In this document: positions 19,937 to 30,221 of the stretch, in pieces | Layout of the letters: each line of letters begins with the position of its first letter | How positions within the stretch are numbered: position 1 is the stretch's first letter | NCBI GenBank assembly: GCA_963790805.1 | Contig: CAWBPL010000002.1 | Coordinates: forward strand, 696-64,695 | Source of the DNA: Candidatus Gottesmanbacteria bacterium | Lineage (GTDB): Bacteria > Patescibacteriota > Microgenomatia > UBA10105 > UBA927 | Direction of reading: 5' to 3' | Length of the DNA stretch: 64,000 nt | The notes under the pieces: generated by a model | Databases searched by the model: none | What the model saw: the letters and a program-made list of their open reading frames with translations, nothing else | What the model was told of the DNA's origin: nothing | Translations under genes and position numbers: made by a program

Positions 19937-20746
19937 TTACAGTTCTGAGGAAATTGCGTCGGTTTTACCCATAAATACCTCCCTGATACCGTGCAATCGC
20001 AAAATATAATATTCATGACGAATAAGCGGATTTTTCCAGAATGATAAAAACCGTCCGACATCCGCTTTTTGAGATACGTGGAGAAGGAGTGCTTTCTTTT
20101 TAATCATTTGATACCCGCGGATGCCGATAACCGTTGTTATAAACTTATCATCCGTACCTCTGCGTGGCTTACCGAATGATTCCGAGGGAATCACTTTCTT
20201 TTTCTTCAAATACTCAGTTATCGTTACCGGCATGCAAACATAATAAAGTTTTGGTTCTTGTTCTTCGGTAAAATCCTGTTTGCCCTCGAATTGGCCCCGT
20301 ATCCAATAAGCGTATTTCTGGAAGGCAAACGTGGTTGCGTAGCACATCTTAATGTGATCGGGGTGATTGCTTAAGCCCGTGGTATCAAACGTAATTACAC
20401 AATCCGGAACCGTTTCTTCCATTTTTTTATATATTACGTCCTCAAGTTCTCCGGAGTTAAGCCCTGAGAGCGTGCCGTCTTTATATCCTAAAAACGTGAT
20501 TGATGAAATTCCCAGTAAGGTTCCGGCCCGTTCGACTTCTTTCTGCCGGATTTTTCCAAGCTCTTCCTCGCTTACGTCTCCAAACGGTCCCGTATCTCCT
20601 ACTTCGCCGCGTGTCGCACAGATGAGGTCCACATGCCAACCGGCTTTCACATATTTTGCGATGGTTCCGGCACAGGAGAACGACTCATCATCGGGGTGGG
20701 CAAATACCAAAAGCATCCTCTTCATGCCCTCTATAGTATCAAACAC
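19937..20746 (-). CDS. PIG-L/LmbE-family N-acetylglucosaminyl deacetylase
   Basis: VFAHPDDESF and HPDH motifs. The probable start is Met 20725 (MKRMLLVF). Confidence 0.8.
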   Translation of the reverse strand: MFDTIEGMKRMLLVFAHPDDESFSCAGTIAKYVKAGWHVDLICATRGEVGDTGPFGDVSEEELGKIRQKEVERAGTLLGISSITFLGYKDGTLSGLNSGELEDVIYKKMEETVPDCVITFDTTGLSNHPDHIKMCYATTFAFQKYAYWIRGQFEGKQDFTEEQEPKLYYVCMPVTITEYLKKKKVIPSESFGKPRRGTDDKFITTVIGIRGYQMIKKKALLLHVSQKADVGRFLSFWKNPLIRHEYYILRLHGIREVFMGKTDAISSEL

Positions 20747-20831
20747 GGATCCCTATGACCAGTCTTTCTGCAATTTACTTGCACACTTGCCCAATATCTG
20801 CTTTCATAGAATTGAAGGGAGGTGAATATCT

Positions 20832-21029
20832 ATGACAAAGCTTATAAAGAAAACAAAAAAATATTTCGGCAAATACCCGTGTTTTAACGGTAGCGTGCAT
20901 TTGTTAATTGGAATTGGCATTGGGTTTCTTTTAACCTATCCGGTTGTCGGGTCTCATCCCGTCCGGTGGGGCGTAACATTCATCGTGCTGGGTGTCTTGG
21001 GACACGTGTGGGCCGTAATAAAGAAATAA
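20832..21029 (+). CDS. small membrane protein
   Basis: Two predicted TM segments. GGGAGGTG lies 8 nt upstream. Confidence 0.55.
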   Translation: MTKLIKKTKKYFGKYPCFNGSVHLLIGIGIGFLLTYPVVGSHPVRWGVTFIVLGVLGHVWAVIKK

Positions 21030-21039
21030 CGAGAAATTA

Positions 21040-21774
21040 TTACTTTTGAGCTACGACAATTAAGGTGTTGCTTGATTCTTTGGAGTAATCGCTCAAATCG
21101 TAGTCTCCGAAATATTGTACGTTTTTAAACGGAACTTTCGCGAAACATCGCTCCAGAACCGCTTTTCTCATGGCGTTATAGGTAACAGTTGTGAATCTAT
21201 GCTGCAGCCCTGAGTTACCGGTATATACATATATAATATTGAAGGTAAACTGCGCCTCGTTTGGATATTCAACTATGAAATAGAATGCCTCATTTTCCAG
21301 CTCTCGCGCAGGGATAAACTTGGGTTTGTTATCTAAGAGTGAATCTGTAATGCCATTTGTTATCACCAAAATACCACCATCGTGAATCCTGTCATACATG
21401 GACGTCAATGCCTTCACCACATCTTCATCCGTAAGCATGTGCGGCAGACTCGTCGTCAGGCAAACCACCATATCAAACGTATCTCCCCAACTGTTCCCGA
21501 GATTTCTGAAATCCTCCTGTTTCAGCGGAATATATTTTCCTTCCAGATTCCGCTTTGCGAGCGCTAACATTTCCGGCGATATATCAGATCCAAAACACGT
21601 AAGCCCCATGTCATGAAACATGGAAAGATGCCAGCCCGTACCGCAAGCGCAATCAAGACAGCGCGAAACAGCATAATCATTGATGAGTTTTTCGAAGAAC
21701 GGTTTCTGATCCAAAATTTCTTCTTTGGGGTTTAGGATATCGTAAACGTCAGCGATTACTTTGTATTCGTCCAT
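21040..21774 (-). CDS. class I SAM-dependent methyltransferase
   Basis: Motif I LDCACGTG, followed by GSDISPEML. Confidence 0.8.
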   Translation of the reverse strand: MDEYKVIADVYDILNPKEEILDQKPFFEKLINDYAVSRCLDCACGTGWHLSMFHDMGLTCFGSDISPEMLALAKRNLEGKYIPLKQEDFRNLGNSWGDTFDMVVCLTTSLPHMLTDEDVVKALTSMYDRIHDGGILVITNGITDSLLDNKPKFIPARELENEAFYFIVEYPNEAQFTFNIIYVYTGNSGLQHRFTTVTYNAMRKAVLERCFAKVPFKNVQYFGDYDLSDYSKESSNTLIVVAQK

Positions 21775-21783
21775 AGAAGAAAT

Positions 21784-22050
21784 TTACGTTATATCACCGT
21801 TTTCTTTAATTTTCTCGTCCTCATACGGACCCACCACGCGGCGGTATAATTCCTGCGTCACCGCGCTTAATACGCCGAGTGCCCTGTTTAAATGACGATA
21901 TCGCGTGGGATAAATTTTTCTGATCATCCGCGTGAAGGTATAGTTAAGCGCCCCGTCCTGCTCTTCAAACGGCAAAGCAGCTATGTGCTTAATGAGATCA
22001 TCCATTTTTTTATCGAGAACCGGCCGCTGATCCTTCGGTATGTATGGCAT
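21784..22050 (-). CDS. hypothetical protein (88 aa)
   Basis: ORF tightly packed upstream of the methyltransferase. No motif recognised. Confidence 0.5.
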   Translation of the reverse strand: MPYIPKDQRPVLDKKMDDLIKHIAALPFEEQDGALNYTFTRMIRKIYPTRYRHLNRALGVLSAVTQELYRRVVGPYEDEKIKENGDIT

Positions 22051-22105
22051 ATACGATTACTGTATCACGATACCAAACGTTTTCCTATGGTCCAAGGAAC
22101 ACCGG

Positions 22106-22558
22106 TCATTTTCGAAGCAGCTGCAGATCACGGAGGATTTCACCGGCATGGTTGACAGGGTTTACGTTATCGTAAATTTTGCGGATTTCACCTTCCCCGT
22201 CAATAAGATAGGTTTTTCTCAATGTTCCCTCAAATTCTTTCCCTAAAAACTTTTTCTTCCCCCATGCATCGTAAGCCATAATCATCTCTTTCGATTCATC
22301 GCTCAAAAGCGAAAAATTCAAGTGATATTTTTCCTTAAACTTCTTATGCGAAGCGACGGAATCTTTGGAAACTCCTACTATTGCCACGTTTAATGCCTCT
22401 AGCTCACCCAGTTTATCCCGCAGAGTGCACGCTTCCATCGTACACCCCGGCGTATCATCTTTCGGGTAAAAATACAGAACTAGCCACCTGCCCCGAAACT
22501 CATGTAACGTATGATTCTTCCCGTTTTCGTCGGGAAGAGTAAAATCTTTAGCTTTCAT
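22106..22558 (-). CDS. bcp: thiol peroxidase Bcp (peroxiredoxin)
   Basis: FYPKDDTPGCT active-site motif. Confidence 0.9.
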   Translation of the reverse strand: MKAKDFTLPDENGKNHTLHEFRGRWLVLYFYPKDDTPGCTMEACTLRDKLGELEALNVAIVGVSKDSVASHKKFKEKYHLNFSLLSDESKEMIMAYDAWGKKKFLGKEFEGTLRKTYLIDGEGEIRKIYDNVNPVNHAGEILRDLQLLRK

Positions 22559-22937
22559 GTTTTTCCAATAATTCTTTCAGCGGCCCAAGATAATATCGTT
22601 TCCATCCATCGGCGATATCTTTTGCTTCTGAATCAGGAATATTATTGTGCTGAAGAACAATTGTTGTTTGGTCGTTTTTTTCCGTCAACGTAAATGTAAC
22701 CTTCGACGGAGCATCCCAATCACCTCCATACCAATCCTGTTCGAGAATTTTATTCAGAATGACTTTTGTATTTATTCCGTGGATATCACCGCCCCATAAA
22801 GAAAATTTCGTTCCTACCTTATCATTCATTTTAGCCGGTCCGCCTCCCCATGAATTGATAATCACGGGATCGGTTAAAGCGGCCCATGTACCGGCAACCG
22901 GAGCATTAACGGTATACGTTTGTGTAATCGATTTCAT
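22548..22937 (-). CDS. SRPBCC/AHSA1-domain protein
   Basis: 129 aa with a pattern typical of activator-of-Hsp90-ATPase-homologue-like START-fold proteins. Confidence 0.6.
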   Translation of the reverse strand: MKSITQTYTVNAPVAGTWAALTDPVIINSWGGGPAKMNDKVGTKFSLWGGDIHGINTKVILNKILEQDWYGGDWDAPSKVTFTLTEKNDQTTIVLQHNNIPDSEAKDIADGWKRYYLGPLKELLEKHES

Positions 22938-23085
22938 AACAAAACAATACTGCTCTAGTATAAATCATCGTGATGCATTTGTGAAGTAGATTACAAATAT
23001 TTTCATTCCACTCAGATTCTTGTAGGGCGCGGCTATTCAATGTAATATTAAGCGCAGGGACGTTCTAAATCTTTCAATACATTCT

Positions 23086-23964
23086 ATGACCGAAAAAACC
23101 AAGGGAGAACTGGCTATAGTCGTCGCGGCAATGCTCTATGGATTCGTCGGCGTATTTTCCAGACTCATAAATTTTCAGATTCCTCTCTATTTCCAGCAGT
23201 GGGTGAGAAACCTCTTTGCGGTTGCCGTCTTCGGCATGCTCCTTCTGGTTACAAAAGACTGGAAAAAAATTCAAAAAAACGATATGAAATGGTTTTTCTT
23301 GCGAAGTATATGCGGATTTGTAAGCTTCGTAACCATATACATTGCATTCAACTTTATCAGCTTCAGTACTAATTATTTTGTATCCTATGCGGCGGCAACG
23401 ATAATGAGTTTTGCAATCGGCAGTTTCCTTTTCGGCGAAAGGATGAATAAAGTAAAATGGATTGCTCTCTTCATGTCTGTTGCCGGACTGTATTTAATTT
23501 ACGCTATCGCATTTAAACCGAACACATCGATCTATATTGGTCTATCGTTTCTTGGCGGGCTCGCATCTGCAGGATGGGACACATTATCGAAAAAGATTTC
23601 CGGAACGTATTCAAACATACAACTCAATTTTTTCGATTTTACCTTTGCCGCCACGTTACCGTTTATTATTTCGTTAATTTTGAAAGAAAAATGGACCCCT
23701 ATTTCGTTCACAACACCTTGGATTGCAACATTCTTTTTCGGCATTATGTATATAGCAACGGGAATTCTTATGGTTTATGGTTTTAAACGGGTTGAAGCCC
23801 AGATTGGCAGCGTTATTCTCCTCTTAGATGTGGTCATAGGAACGTTGCTCGGATTTTTCATATTTAAGGAGGACGTCTCGCTAACCGCGCTTATCGGTGG
23901 CGCCATGATTTTGTCCGCGATTATTCTTCCCAAAGTAATACCTCAAAAACAGGCAAAAAAATAA
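23086..23964 (+). CDS. DMT-superfamily (EamA-like) transporter
   Basis: About 10 TM segments arranged as two 5-TM halves. Confidence 0.7.
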   Translation: MTEKTKGELAIVVAAMLYGFVGVFSRLINFQIPLYFQQWVRNLFAVAVFGMLLLVTKDWKKIQKNDMKWFFLRSICGFVSFVTIYIAFNFISFSTNYFVSYAAATIMSFAIGSFLFGERMNKVKWIALFMSVAGLYLIYAIAFKPNTSIYIGLSFLGGLASAGWDTLSKKISGTYSNIQLNFFDFTFAATLPFIISLILKEKWTPISFTTPWIATFFFGIMYIATGILMVYGFKRVEAQIGSVILLLDVVIGTLLGFFIFKEDVSLTALIGGAMILSAIILPKVIPQKQAKK

Positions 23965-23987
23965 TTGAAGGCGTATAATTTTCAATC

Positions 23988-24551
23988 ATGGCAATACGGA
24001 AACGGTCATCGTGGATCATCAGTTTGATAGTTATCGTCGCGTTCGTTATTTGTATTCGGGAATGGGCCACATACAATACGAATGTATTAAGTGCGCAAAC
24101 GAAGCCTCCGCTTGAAAGTGACCAAGGCAGCGCCATTGTTCTTGATTTTAATACCCCAACCCCCACACCCACTCCAACCCCTACACCCACGCCGACAAAT
24201 ACACCGACTCCCACGCCGACGCCCAGTCCGACACCAACTCCCTACCCAATGACGCAACAACAATTAAATGACTGGTTTACCCAGTACGCCAATCACTACA
24301 GCGTCGACCGCTCGCTCTTGTGGCAAATTGCGGCATGTGAAACCGGATTCCGGCCGAATGCAATCGGTGGAAAAGGACTGTACCTTGGCATGTTTCAATT
24401 CGGCCGCGCAACATGGATTGCGAACAGATTTCTTATGGGGATGGATACCGATCCCAATCTTCGTCTTAACCCTGAAGAATCTATACGAACAGCAGCGTTT
24501 GTTCTTTCCACCCGAGGCCCCAAGGCGTGGCCCAATTGCAGTAAACGTTAA
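23988..24551 (+). CDS. exported transglycosylase-like (Rpf/SLT-type) domain protein with PT linker
   Basis: TM anchor, (PT)n tract, then IAACETGFRPNAIGGKGLYLGMFQFGRATW (catalytic Glu and GxxQF). Confidence 0.75.
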   Translation: MAIRKRSSWIISLIVIVAFVICIREWATYNTNVLSAQTKPPLESDQGSAIVLDFNTPTPTPTPTPTPTPTNTPTPTPTPSPTPTPYPMTQQQLNDWFTQYANHYSVDRSLLWQIAACETGFRPNAIGGKGLYLGMFQFGRATWIANRFLMGMDTDPNLRLNPEESIRTAAFVLSTRGPKAWPNCSKR

Positions 24552-25270
24552 CGCCGTTTTTCCTGCCAGTCATGGGCAAAGAGTTCTGCTTTACCTGTCT
24601 CAATCGCTTCAACAATCCTGTCAGCGATAAGCTCCGGCGGATCAATCTTGGGCATGCTGCCGCCGCCCTCCCACTCCATCGCCGGTCCGCTTTGCAAAGT
24701 ATTTTTTTCAAAATTCGTGTCGGTCATAGTCGGATAAACGACGCTTACGCTTATATGATCCTTCGCCAACTCTGCCCGTGAAGTTAATGATATCCCAACG
24801 AGCGCCCGCTTGAGCGACGAATATGCACCCATATGCGGGAACGCCATAAGCGCCGTACCGCTGCTGATATTGACAATCGCCCCCTCTTTTTGTTTCCGCA
24901 TAATCGGAATCACTTCCTGCGTAGCAACAACCGGACCGACAAGATTCAAATCAAACAAATAGTGGAATTTTTTTAAATCAATAAACTCCGTTGCCGCATC
25001 ATACCCCTGTCCGGCATTATTGACGAGAACATCAATTCGACCGAAATGTTTATAGGCGACCTCAATCATTTTTCTGACATCCTTTTCTTTCGACATATCA
25101 GTGACAATGACAAAAGATCCCGGAAGTTTTTTAGATAAGGCATCAAGTTTTGCTTTCGATCGCGCCGCCAAAACCACTTTCGCGCCTTTCTGAGAAAGAA
25201 GCGTCGCTGCAGCCATTCCTATACCGGATGACGCTCCGGTAACGATAACTATTTTTTCTTGTATATTCAT
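24548..25270 (-). CDS. SDR-family oxidoreductase
   Basis: TGASSGIG, NNAG and YSSLK motifs. Confidence 0.9.
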   Translation of the reverse strand: MNIQEKIVIVTGASSGIGMAAATLLSQKGAKVVLAARSKAKLDALSKKLPGSFVIVTDMSKEKDVRKMIEVAYKHFGRIDVLVNNAGQGYDAATEFIDLKKFHYLFDLNLVGPVVATQEVIPIMRKQKEGAIVNISSGTALMAFPHMGAYSSLKRALVGISLTSRAELAKDHISVSVVYPTMTDTNFEKNTLQSGPAMEWEGGGSMPKIDPPELIADRIVEAIETGKAELFAHDWQEKRR

Positions 25271-25295
25271 ATAAATAACATTATATCAACGGTGT

Positions 25296-25838
25296 CTATT
25301 TTTTAAACTTCGAAGAATACTTTTCCCGTAAATGGGCAAGTTTCGGCGAAATAATCAGTTGACAATAGGGAAGATTCGAATTTTTTCTGAAATATTGCTG
25401 ATGATATCCTTCCGCTTCATAAAACGTCATCTGCGGTTGAATCCCCGTAACAATAGGAATAGAAAATTCTTTGGATTTGTTCAATGCATCCCGTGATTCT
25501 TCTGCCATCCGTTTTTGTTCTTCCGAGGTATAAAAAATTACCGATCTGTACTGGACTCCCGCATCGGCTCCCTGCCGGTCGCGCGACGTCGGATCGTGCG
25601 TATGCCAAAAGATATCCAAAAGATCGCTGTACGGAATGACGTTCGGATCAAATTCGATTCTAATAACTTCTATATATCCTGTTTTTCCTGAACAGACATC
25701 TTCGTAGGTCGGATGTTCTTTCGTGCCTCCCATATAGCCGGCGGTAACGGAAGAAACGCCCTTGAGTTGGGAAAAAATCGCCTCCGTACACCAGAAGCAT
25801 CCGCCGCCGAACAGTGCTGTTTCGTATGTTTTAGCCAT
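25296..25838 (-). CDS. msrA: peptide-methionine (S)-S-oxide reductase MsrA
   Basis: GGGCFWC active site. Start taken at MAKTYE (25838); the longer track ORF overlaps msrB. Confidence 0.9.
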   Translation of the reverse strand: MAKTYETALFGGGCFWCTEAIFSQLKGVSSVTAGYMGGTKEHPTYEDVCSGKTGYIEVIRIEFDPNVIPYSDLLDIFWHTHDPTSRDRQGADAGVQYRSVIFYTSEEQKRMAEESRDALNKSKEFSIPIVTGIQPQMTFYEAEGYHQQYFRKNSNLPYCQLIISPKLAHLREKYSSKFKK

Positions 25839-26196
25839 CTTTTGGAATAAATTTAATGGATAAGGAATTGACGCAGTGACGTGTATTTTTCGCCGTGTAT
25901 CCTTCTCCCTCAAACACGTGACCGAGATGTCCGCCGCATTCGGCACAGGTGATTTCCGTTCTCATCCCGTCGGCGTCCGGCGTTCGTTTTACACTCTTGG
26001 GAAATTCTTCGTCAAAACTCGGCCAGCCGCATCCGGCATCAAATTTTGCTTTTGAGGAAAAAAGCTTATTGTTACATCGCCGGCAAACATAGGTACCTTG
26101 GGCAAATAATTGATCATATGCTCCGGAAAACGGGGGCTCTGTCGCTTTGTTCACAATAACTCTTTCTTCTTCTGCCGTAAGTTTGTTAAATTTCAT
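25831..26196 (-). CDS. msrB: peptide-methionine (R)-S-oxide reductase MsrB
   Basis: CxxC..CxxC zinc site (CRRC, CAEC) and the RHCVNS catalytic motif. Confidence 0.9.
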   Translation of the reverse strand: MKFNKLTAEEERVIVNKATEPPFSGAYDQLFAQGTYVCRRCNNKLFSSKAKFDAGCGWPSFDEEFPKSVKRTPDADGMRTEITCAECGGHLGHVFEGEGYTAKNTRHCVNSLSIKFIPKDG

Positions 26197-26203
26197 AAAG
26201 TTA

Positions 26204-27937
26204 TTACCCGAACGTAAAAGCAAATACTTCGGCATTTGCGTCTAAAAATTCCAACTGCAAAAGATGTCTTCCGGGTTTGGCAAGATGAATAAGCCGGTAT
26301 AAACGATCGTCGGCAACCGTCGCCACCCCGTTTTGCACATCGCTTCCGGCAGAATCGCTCCCGACGATTGCGCCGTCAAGTAAAACTTTCACTTTGGAAG
26401 GCGCCGTACTTTTCGGCCGCATAACGAGAAACACGTCCATCGAATCAAAGTTGAATGCAAGTGTACTACCAGTTTCCGGAGATGCCTGTTCACCGCCAAC
26501 AGTCCATGTACCGCCGTAGGCAAAACTGTCATCGGGGATACTGCTCGGTATGGTATAGGTTGCTGGTTGATCGTTTGCAATCTGCTGGGACGAAGCAAAA
26601 CTTCCTATCCTGTTATACCCCACATACGTTTCAGGGGTTTGGGCCATAACGTTGTATGTTTTTGTATCGACCGGTATGTTGGAAACGTTCGCGCCGGTTT
26701 CCGCTAATAACTGCTGAATCATTTTTTCCGACTCATCATAATTTCCTTCACCGAAATGCGTCGAGCGGATTTTTCCATTTTTATCTATAAAATATTTTGC
26801 CGGCCAGTACTGGTTATTGTATGCGTTCCACGTTGCGTAATTGTTATCCTGCATAACGGGATACGTGATGCCGAAATCGCGGATGGCTTTTGCAACATTA
26901 TTTGCGTCCTTTTCAAACTCAAATTCCGGCGTATGAACGCCAACAATCACCAACCCCTTATCCGCGTATTTTTTGTACCACTCCTCCACGTACGGCAACG
27001 TCCGGATACAATTAATACACGTGTATGTCCAGAAATCGACAACGACGACTTTGCCCCTGAGCGATGCCATCGTAAGAGGAACTTGCACTGATCCAGCCGA
27101 AGTGTTAAACCACTTCCCGCCGGCGATAAAATCCGGAGCGGTGGGTTTCAAACTATTTATAATATTGGAAATCCCACTGGATCCTGTTTGGGATTTGCGC
27201 GAATTTAATTGCTGGCGCACAAGCGGATTATCTTCCAGTACCGTAAGCCCTGTACCGTATTTCGGAAATGTCGTTAAAATATACGTCTGGAACGTTCTGT
27301 CAAAGTTAAAATACAAAGCTACCGCAACGACGATCATAATTATCCCGAACGCTTTCTGGATTTTGCCGGTATTAGCTACGAGTGCAGGGGCTTTATTCAA
27401 CAGCGCTCTGCCTCCCACGAGAATGAAAAACATCGGTATAGCCGTTCCAATAGCATAGGCAAGCATAATCGCCACCGATCCCGTGTCAACGGTACTTGTG
27501 GCGGCAAGGGATATAACGGAAGCTAAAATCGGACCAACGCAGGGAGTCCATAATAATCCGATCGTTAAACCGAGCAGTATCCCTCCAAAAAATCCGGACC
27601 TTTGCGGCTGACCCGAGGCCTTTGATGATAAAACGCCAAATACCCGCTCCGTCAATTTTTGGAATTGCGGGATAACAAGCGACAATCCGAAGAGCGCAAC
27701 CAATACAATGGAAACGATCCTGAGTGTATCGGCGGGTATTCCCGTTTGCTTCACAATCCATGAAAGCGCCAGCGTAAAAAACGTGAAACTGAAAATAAAT
27801 CCGATAACGATCCCAAAAGGTCTCTTTTTTCCCTCGGCGACACTTCCAGAGAGCACAATGGGAAGAACGGGTAAAATACACGGAGAAAGAATCGTGACGA
27901 TTCCGGCTAAAAATGCATAAAGAACAAGAAGTATCAT
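26204..27937 (-). CDS. dipZ: DipZ-like fusion: CcdA/DsbD membrane electron transporter + thioredoxin-like domain + C-terminal beta domain
   Basis: TM core with SPCILPVLP and WTPCVGP, followed by the redoxin motif WTYTCINC. Confidence 0.85.
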   Translation of the reverse strand: MILLVLYAFLAGIVTILSPCILPVLPIVLSGSVAEGKKRPFGIVIGFIFSFTFFTLALSWIVKQTGIPADTLRIVSIVLVALFGLSLVIPQFQKLTERVFGVLSSKASGQPQRSGFFGGILLGLTIGLLWTPCVGPILASVISLAATSTVDTGSVAIMLAYAIGTAIPMFFILVGGRALLNKAPALVANTGKIQKAFGIIMIVVAVALYFNFDRTFQTYILTTFPKYGTGLTVLEDNPLVRQQLNSRKSQTGSSGISNIINSLKPTAPDFIAGGKWFNTSAGSVQVPLTMASLRGKVVVVDFWTYTCINCIRTLPYVEEWYKKYADKGLVIVGVHTPEFEFEKDANNVAKAIRDFGITYPVMQDNNYATWNAYNNQYWPAKYFIDKNGKIRSTHFGEGNYDESEKMIQQLLAETGANVSNIPVDTKTYNVMAQTPETYVGYNRIGSFASSQQIANDQPATYTIPSSIPDDSFAYGGTWTVGGEQASPETGSTLAFNFDSMDVFLVMRPKSTAPSKVKVLLDGAIVGSDSAGSDVQNGVATVADDRLYRLIHLAKPGRHLLQLEFLDANAEVFAFTFG

Positions 27938-28009
27938 GTTATGTGATCTACATTACTATTTTACCCCATCTGTCTACCAATACTCAAGGAAAAATAGTAC
28001 GATATCACT

Positions 28010-28411
28010 ATGACCACATATTCGTGGTATAAAAAACTCAAAAAACCTTCATTTGCCCCGCCTTCGTGGCTTTTTGGTCCGGTTTGGAGTGTTCTTTATG
28101 TCATTATCTTTTTCACGTTCGGCTATGTATTTTTCCAATGGATCAACAGCAATCTCCCCAACTGGATCATCTGGCCGTTTGTCGTAAATCTTTTTTGTAA
28201 TCTCATATTTACCGCCATCCAGTTCGGTTTAAAAAACAACGAGGCGGCATTTGTTGATATTATTGCGGTGGACGCAACGCTTATCTGGGGAATGATTGCA
28301 ATATACCCATATCATCCGCTTGTCGCGTACGCTCTTATCCCCTATCTTTTGTGGGTGCTTTTCGCAACCGTTCTCCAATCCTCGGTTACCTATTTGAACC
28401 GGAAATGGTAA
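28010..28411 (+). CDS. tspO: TspO/MBR tryptophan-rich sensory protein
   Basis: WYKKLKKPSFAPPSWLFGPVWSVLY. 5 TM, 133 aa. Confidence 0.85.
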   Translation: MTTYSWYKKLKKPSFAPPSWLFGPVWSVLYVIIFFTFGYVFFQWINSNLPNWIIWPFVVNLFCNLIFTAIQFGLKNNEAAFVDIIAVDATLIWGMIAIYPYHPLVAYALIPYLLWVLFATVLQSSVTYLNRKW

Positions 28412-28420
28412 TAACGAAGG

Positions 28421-28873
28421 TCACCCGATTATTTTTACTATCGTAAGGGACGCGAACAATAGAATAATAAATGTACTCACAAACCAGCTTACGAGCAGTC
28501 CATACGGAACATTAAACATAAGAAGTGTTGGTAGGGTAAAAAAGATAAACGACGTTGCCACCATAAGATCCGCAAAATAGAACGCCCGCTTATAGAATCC
28601 TTTGGGTAACAAATCCCTGAGATAATAATAGACGATGGTAAGTGATATACCCGTTGTGAAGGTAATAATCGCCGAAACGATCATAAATTCCAATGGCGGT
28701 GGGCCGGCAGTCGGCATCATGAGCTTATTCCAGAGCCCGAAATACGCAGGATCCATATAATATTTTAAGGTAAACACCGCTTCGATCTGGCGGGTGAATA
28801 TGGCAATAAGGGTATAGACGAATCCGGCTAGTAACACCTTCCCCCAGTTAATTTTTGCAATCCATTTGACCAT
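28421..28873 (-). CDS. membrane protein (4 TM), hypothetical
   Basis: Hydrophobic ORF. AAAGGAGGTAAT lies directly upstream of the ATG. Confidence 0.6.
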   Translation of the reverse strand: MVKWIAKINWGKVLLAGFVYTLIAIFTRQIEAVFTLKYYMDPAYFGLWNKLMMPTAGPPPLEFMIVSAIITFTTGISLTIVYYYLRDLLPKGFYKRAFYFADLMVATSFIFFTLPTLLMFNVPYGLLVSWFVSTFIILLFASLTIVKIIG

Positions 28874-28935
28874 ATTACCTCCTTTGGTACATACCCGTTA
28901 ATTGTGTTTGGGCCAAAATTGACCTTTTATATCGT

Positions 28936-29397
28936 TTACCGCGTAACATTTTTTTGCGTTGTTGCATTCCAACACTCAGGAATCATGGCGTTGGGAAAGT
29001 CGGGATACGCCGTAAGATTAGAACAGTCGATCGTTCCGTTTCCGTCCCAGACAAGTTTCCAGACGCCGCCGGATTTTGCGGCAAACCACATGCCTCCGCC
29101 GGCTGATGCCGACGCCATGCCTTTTGCGTAGCTCCCCTGAATCACGGAAACCGTGACATTCAGGCTGTTTGCATCCGGTCCGTGCTTGGCAACAAGTCCC
29201 TGTTTGACTGCGGCAATGAGTGCTGCCGTCTCATCGACGGTCGGCGTAGCCGTTCCGGTTGCCGTATACGGCGTGGGCGTGGAAGTTATTGGCGTCGGTT
29301 GAGGGGTGACAACGGTATTTTTTGTACCGAGGTAATACCCGCCATAGGCTACCATCGCCACTAATATAACAATAAGTACCCATGTTTTTGCATTCAT
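28936..29397 (-). CDS. membrane-anchored exported hypothetical protein with PT-rich linker
   Basis: TM anchor, TPQPTPITSTPTPYTATGTATPT linker, SD GAGGAGG upstream. Confidence 0.65.
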   Translation of the reverse strand: MNAKTWVLIVILVAMVAYGGYYLGTKNTVVTPQPTPITSTPTPYTATGTATPTVDETAALIAAVKQGLVAKHGPDANSLNVTVSVIQGSYAKGMASASAGGGMWFAAKSGGVWKLVWDGNGTIDCSNLTAYPDFPNAMIPECWNATTQKNVTR

Positions 29398-29489
29398 ATG
29401 CGCCTCCTCATCAACTGTAGTCTCTTAATAAATCAAAATCAAACCAGACTCACTAAAACATCAACGGTATATAATAAAGTATTATTTCA

Positions 29490-30221
29490 ATGAAAACCCG
29501 ATCCCTTCATCTTTTAATCTATTTACTAAGTGCGCTTGTATCGCTTGCGTTTTTTTCACTGGCTCTCCCGAACGAACCAAGCCAATACGTCAGCATACCG
29601 TTAAAACTTCAGGGCACGACGTTTCGTCTCACCCAGTGGTACGCCGGTGTCGCAACGTTGTATCTGTATATCGCGCTTTTGATCAGCCCCCTTTATCACG
29701 TATTCCGGAAGCTCGCCGGCAAAACAATGGCGGTGAACGCACGGAAAGCCATCGGCGTCTCGGCATTTGCATTCGCCCTCCTCCACTCCTTTTTCGGCTA
29801 CGGATTGTTCGGCGGACTCGCAGCTCTCCCGTTTTTCGGACCTGCATACAACTGGTCGCTCGCCATAGGACTCGTTGCTCTTATTATTCTTACCGTCATG
29901 GCAGTAACATCCAATGATACGATTCACAAGAATCTCGGAGTTCTCTGGAAAAAAATCCATCAATGGGTATACGCGGCGGGAATATTAATCTTATTCCATG
30001 TATTTCTTATTACCACACATCTCGCGCCAAACGAATTTATACTTTCGGTCATCGGATTTGTTCTCTTGAGTTTCTTGTTTATTTTGGAATCGATCCGCCT
30101 GAATGACTATCTGCAAAAAAAGAAAAAACATCTTCCAAAGCATGCGGTTTCATGGGCAGGTTCAATTCTGAGTGTTGCCGTATTATTCTGGGCGTTCTTC
30201 ATCCTCTACCACCCGCATTAA
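29490..30221 (+). CDS. ferric-reductase-like transmembrane (MsrQ/YedZ-like) haem-b protein
   Basis: 6 TM with conserved His (ARKAIGVSAFAFALLHSF; ILFHVFLITTH). Confidence 0.55.
   Translation: MKTRSLHLLIYLLSALVSLAFFSLALPNEPSQYVSIPLKLQGTTFRLTQWYAGVATLYLYIALLISPLYHVFRKLAGKTMAVNARKAIGVSAFAFALLHSFFGYGLFGGLAALPFFGPAYNWSLAIGLVALIILTVMAVTSNDTIHKNLGVLWKKIHQWVYAAGILILFHVFLITTHLAPNEFILSVIGFVLLSFLFILESIRLNDYLQKKKKHLPKHAVSWAGSILSVAVLFWAFFILYHPH

Noticed and set aside
23921-24214. Minus-strand ORFs full of GVGVGV repeats (also 7985-8254, 8270-8596, 32912-33094, 33977-34207, 35486-35698).
   Set aside because: They are the reverse complement of the Pro-Thr linker codons in well-supported plus-strand genes. 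They are antisense artefacts, not coding regions.
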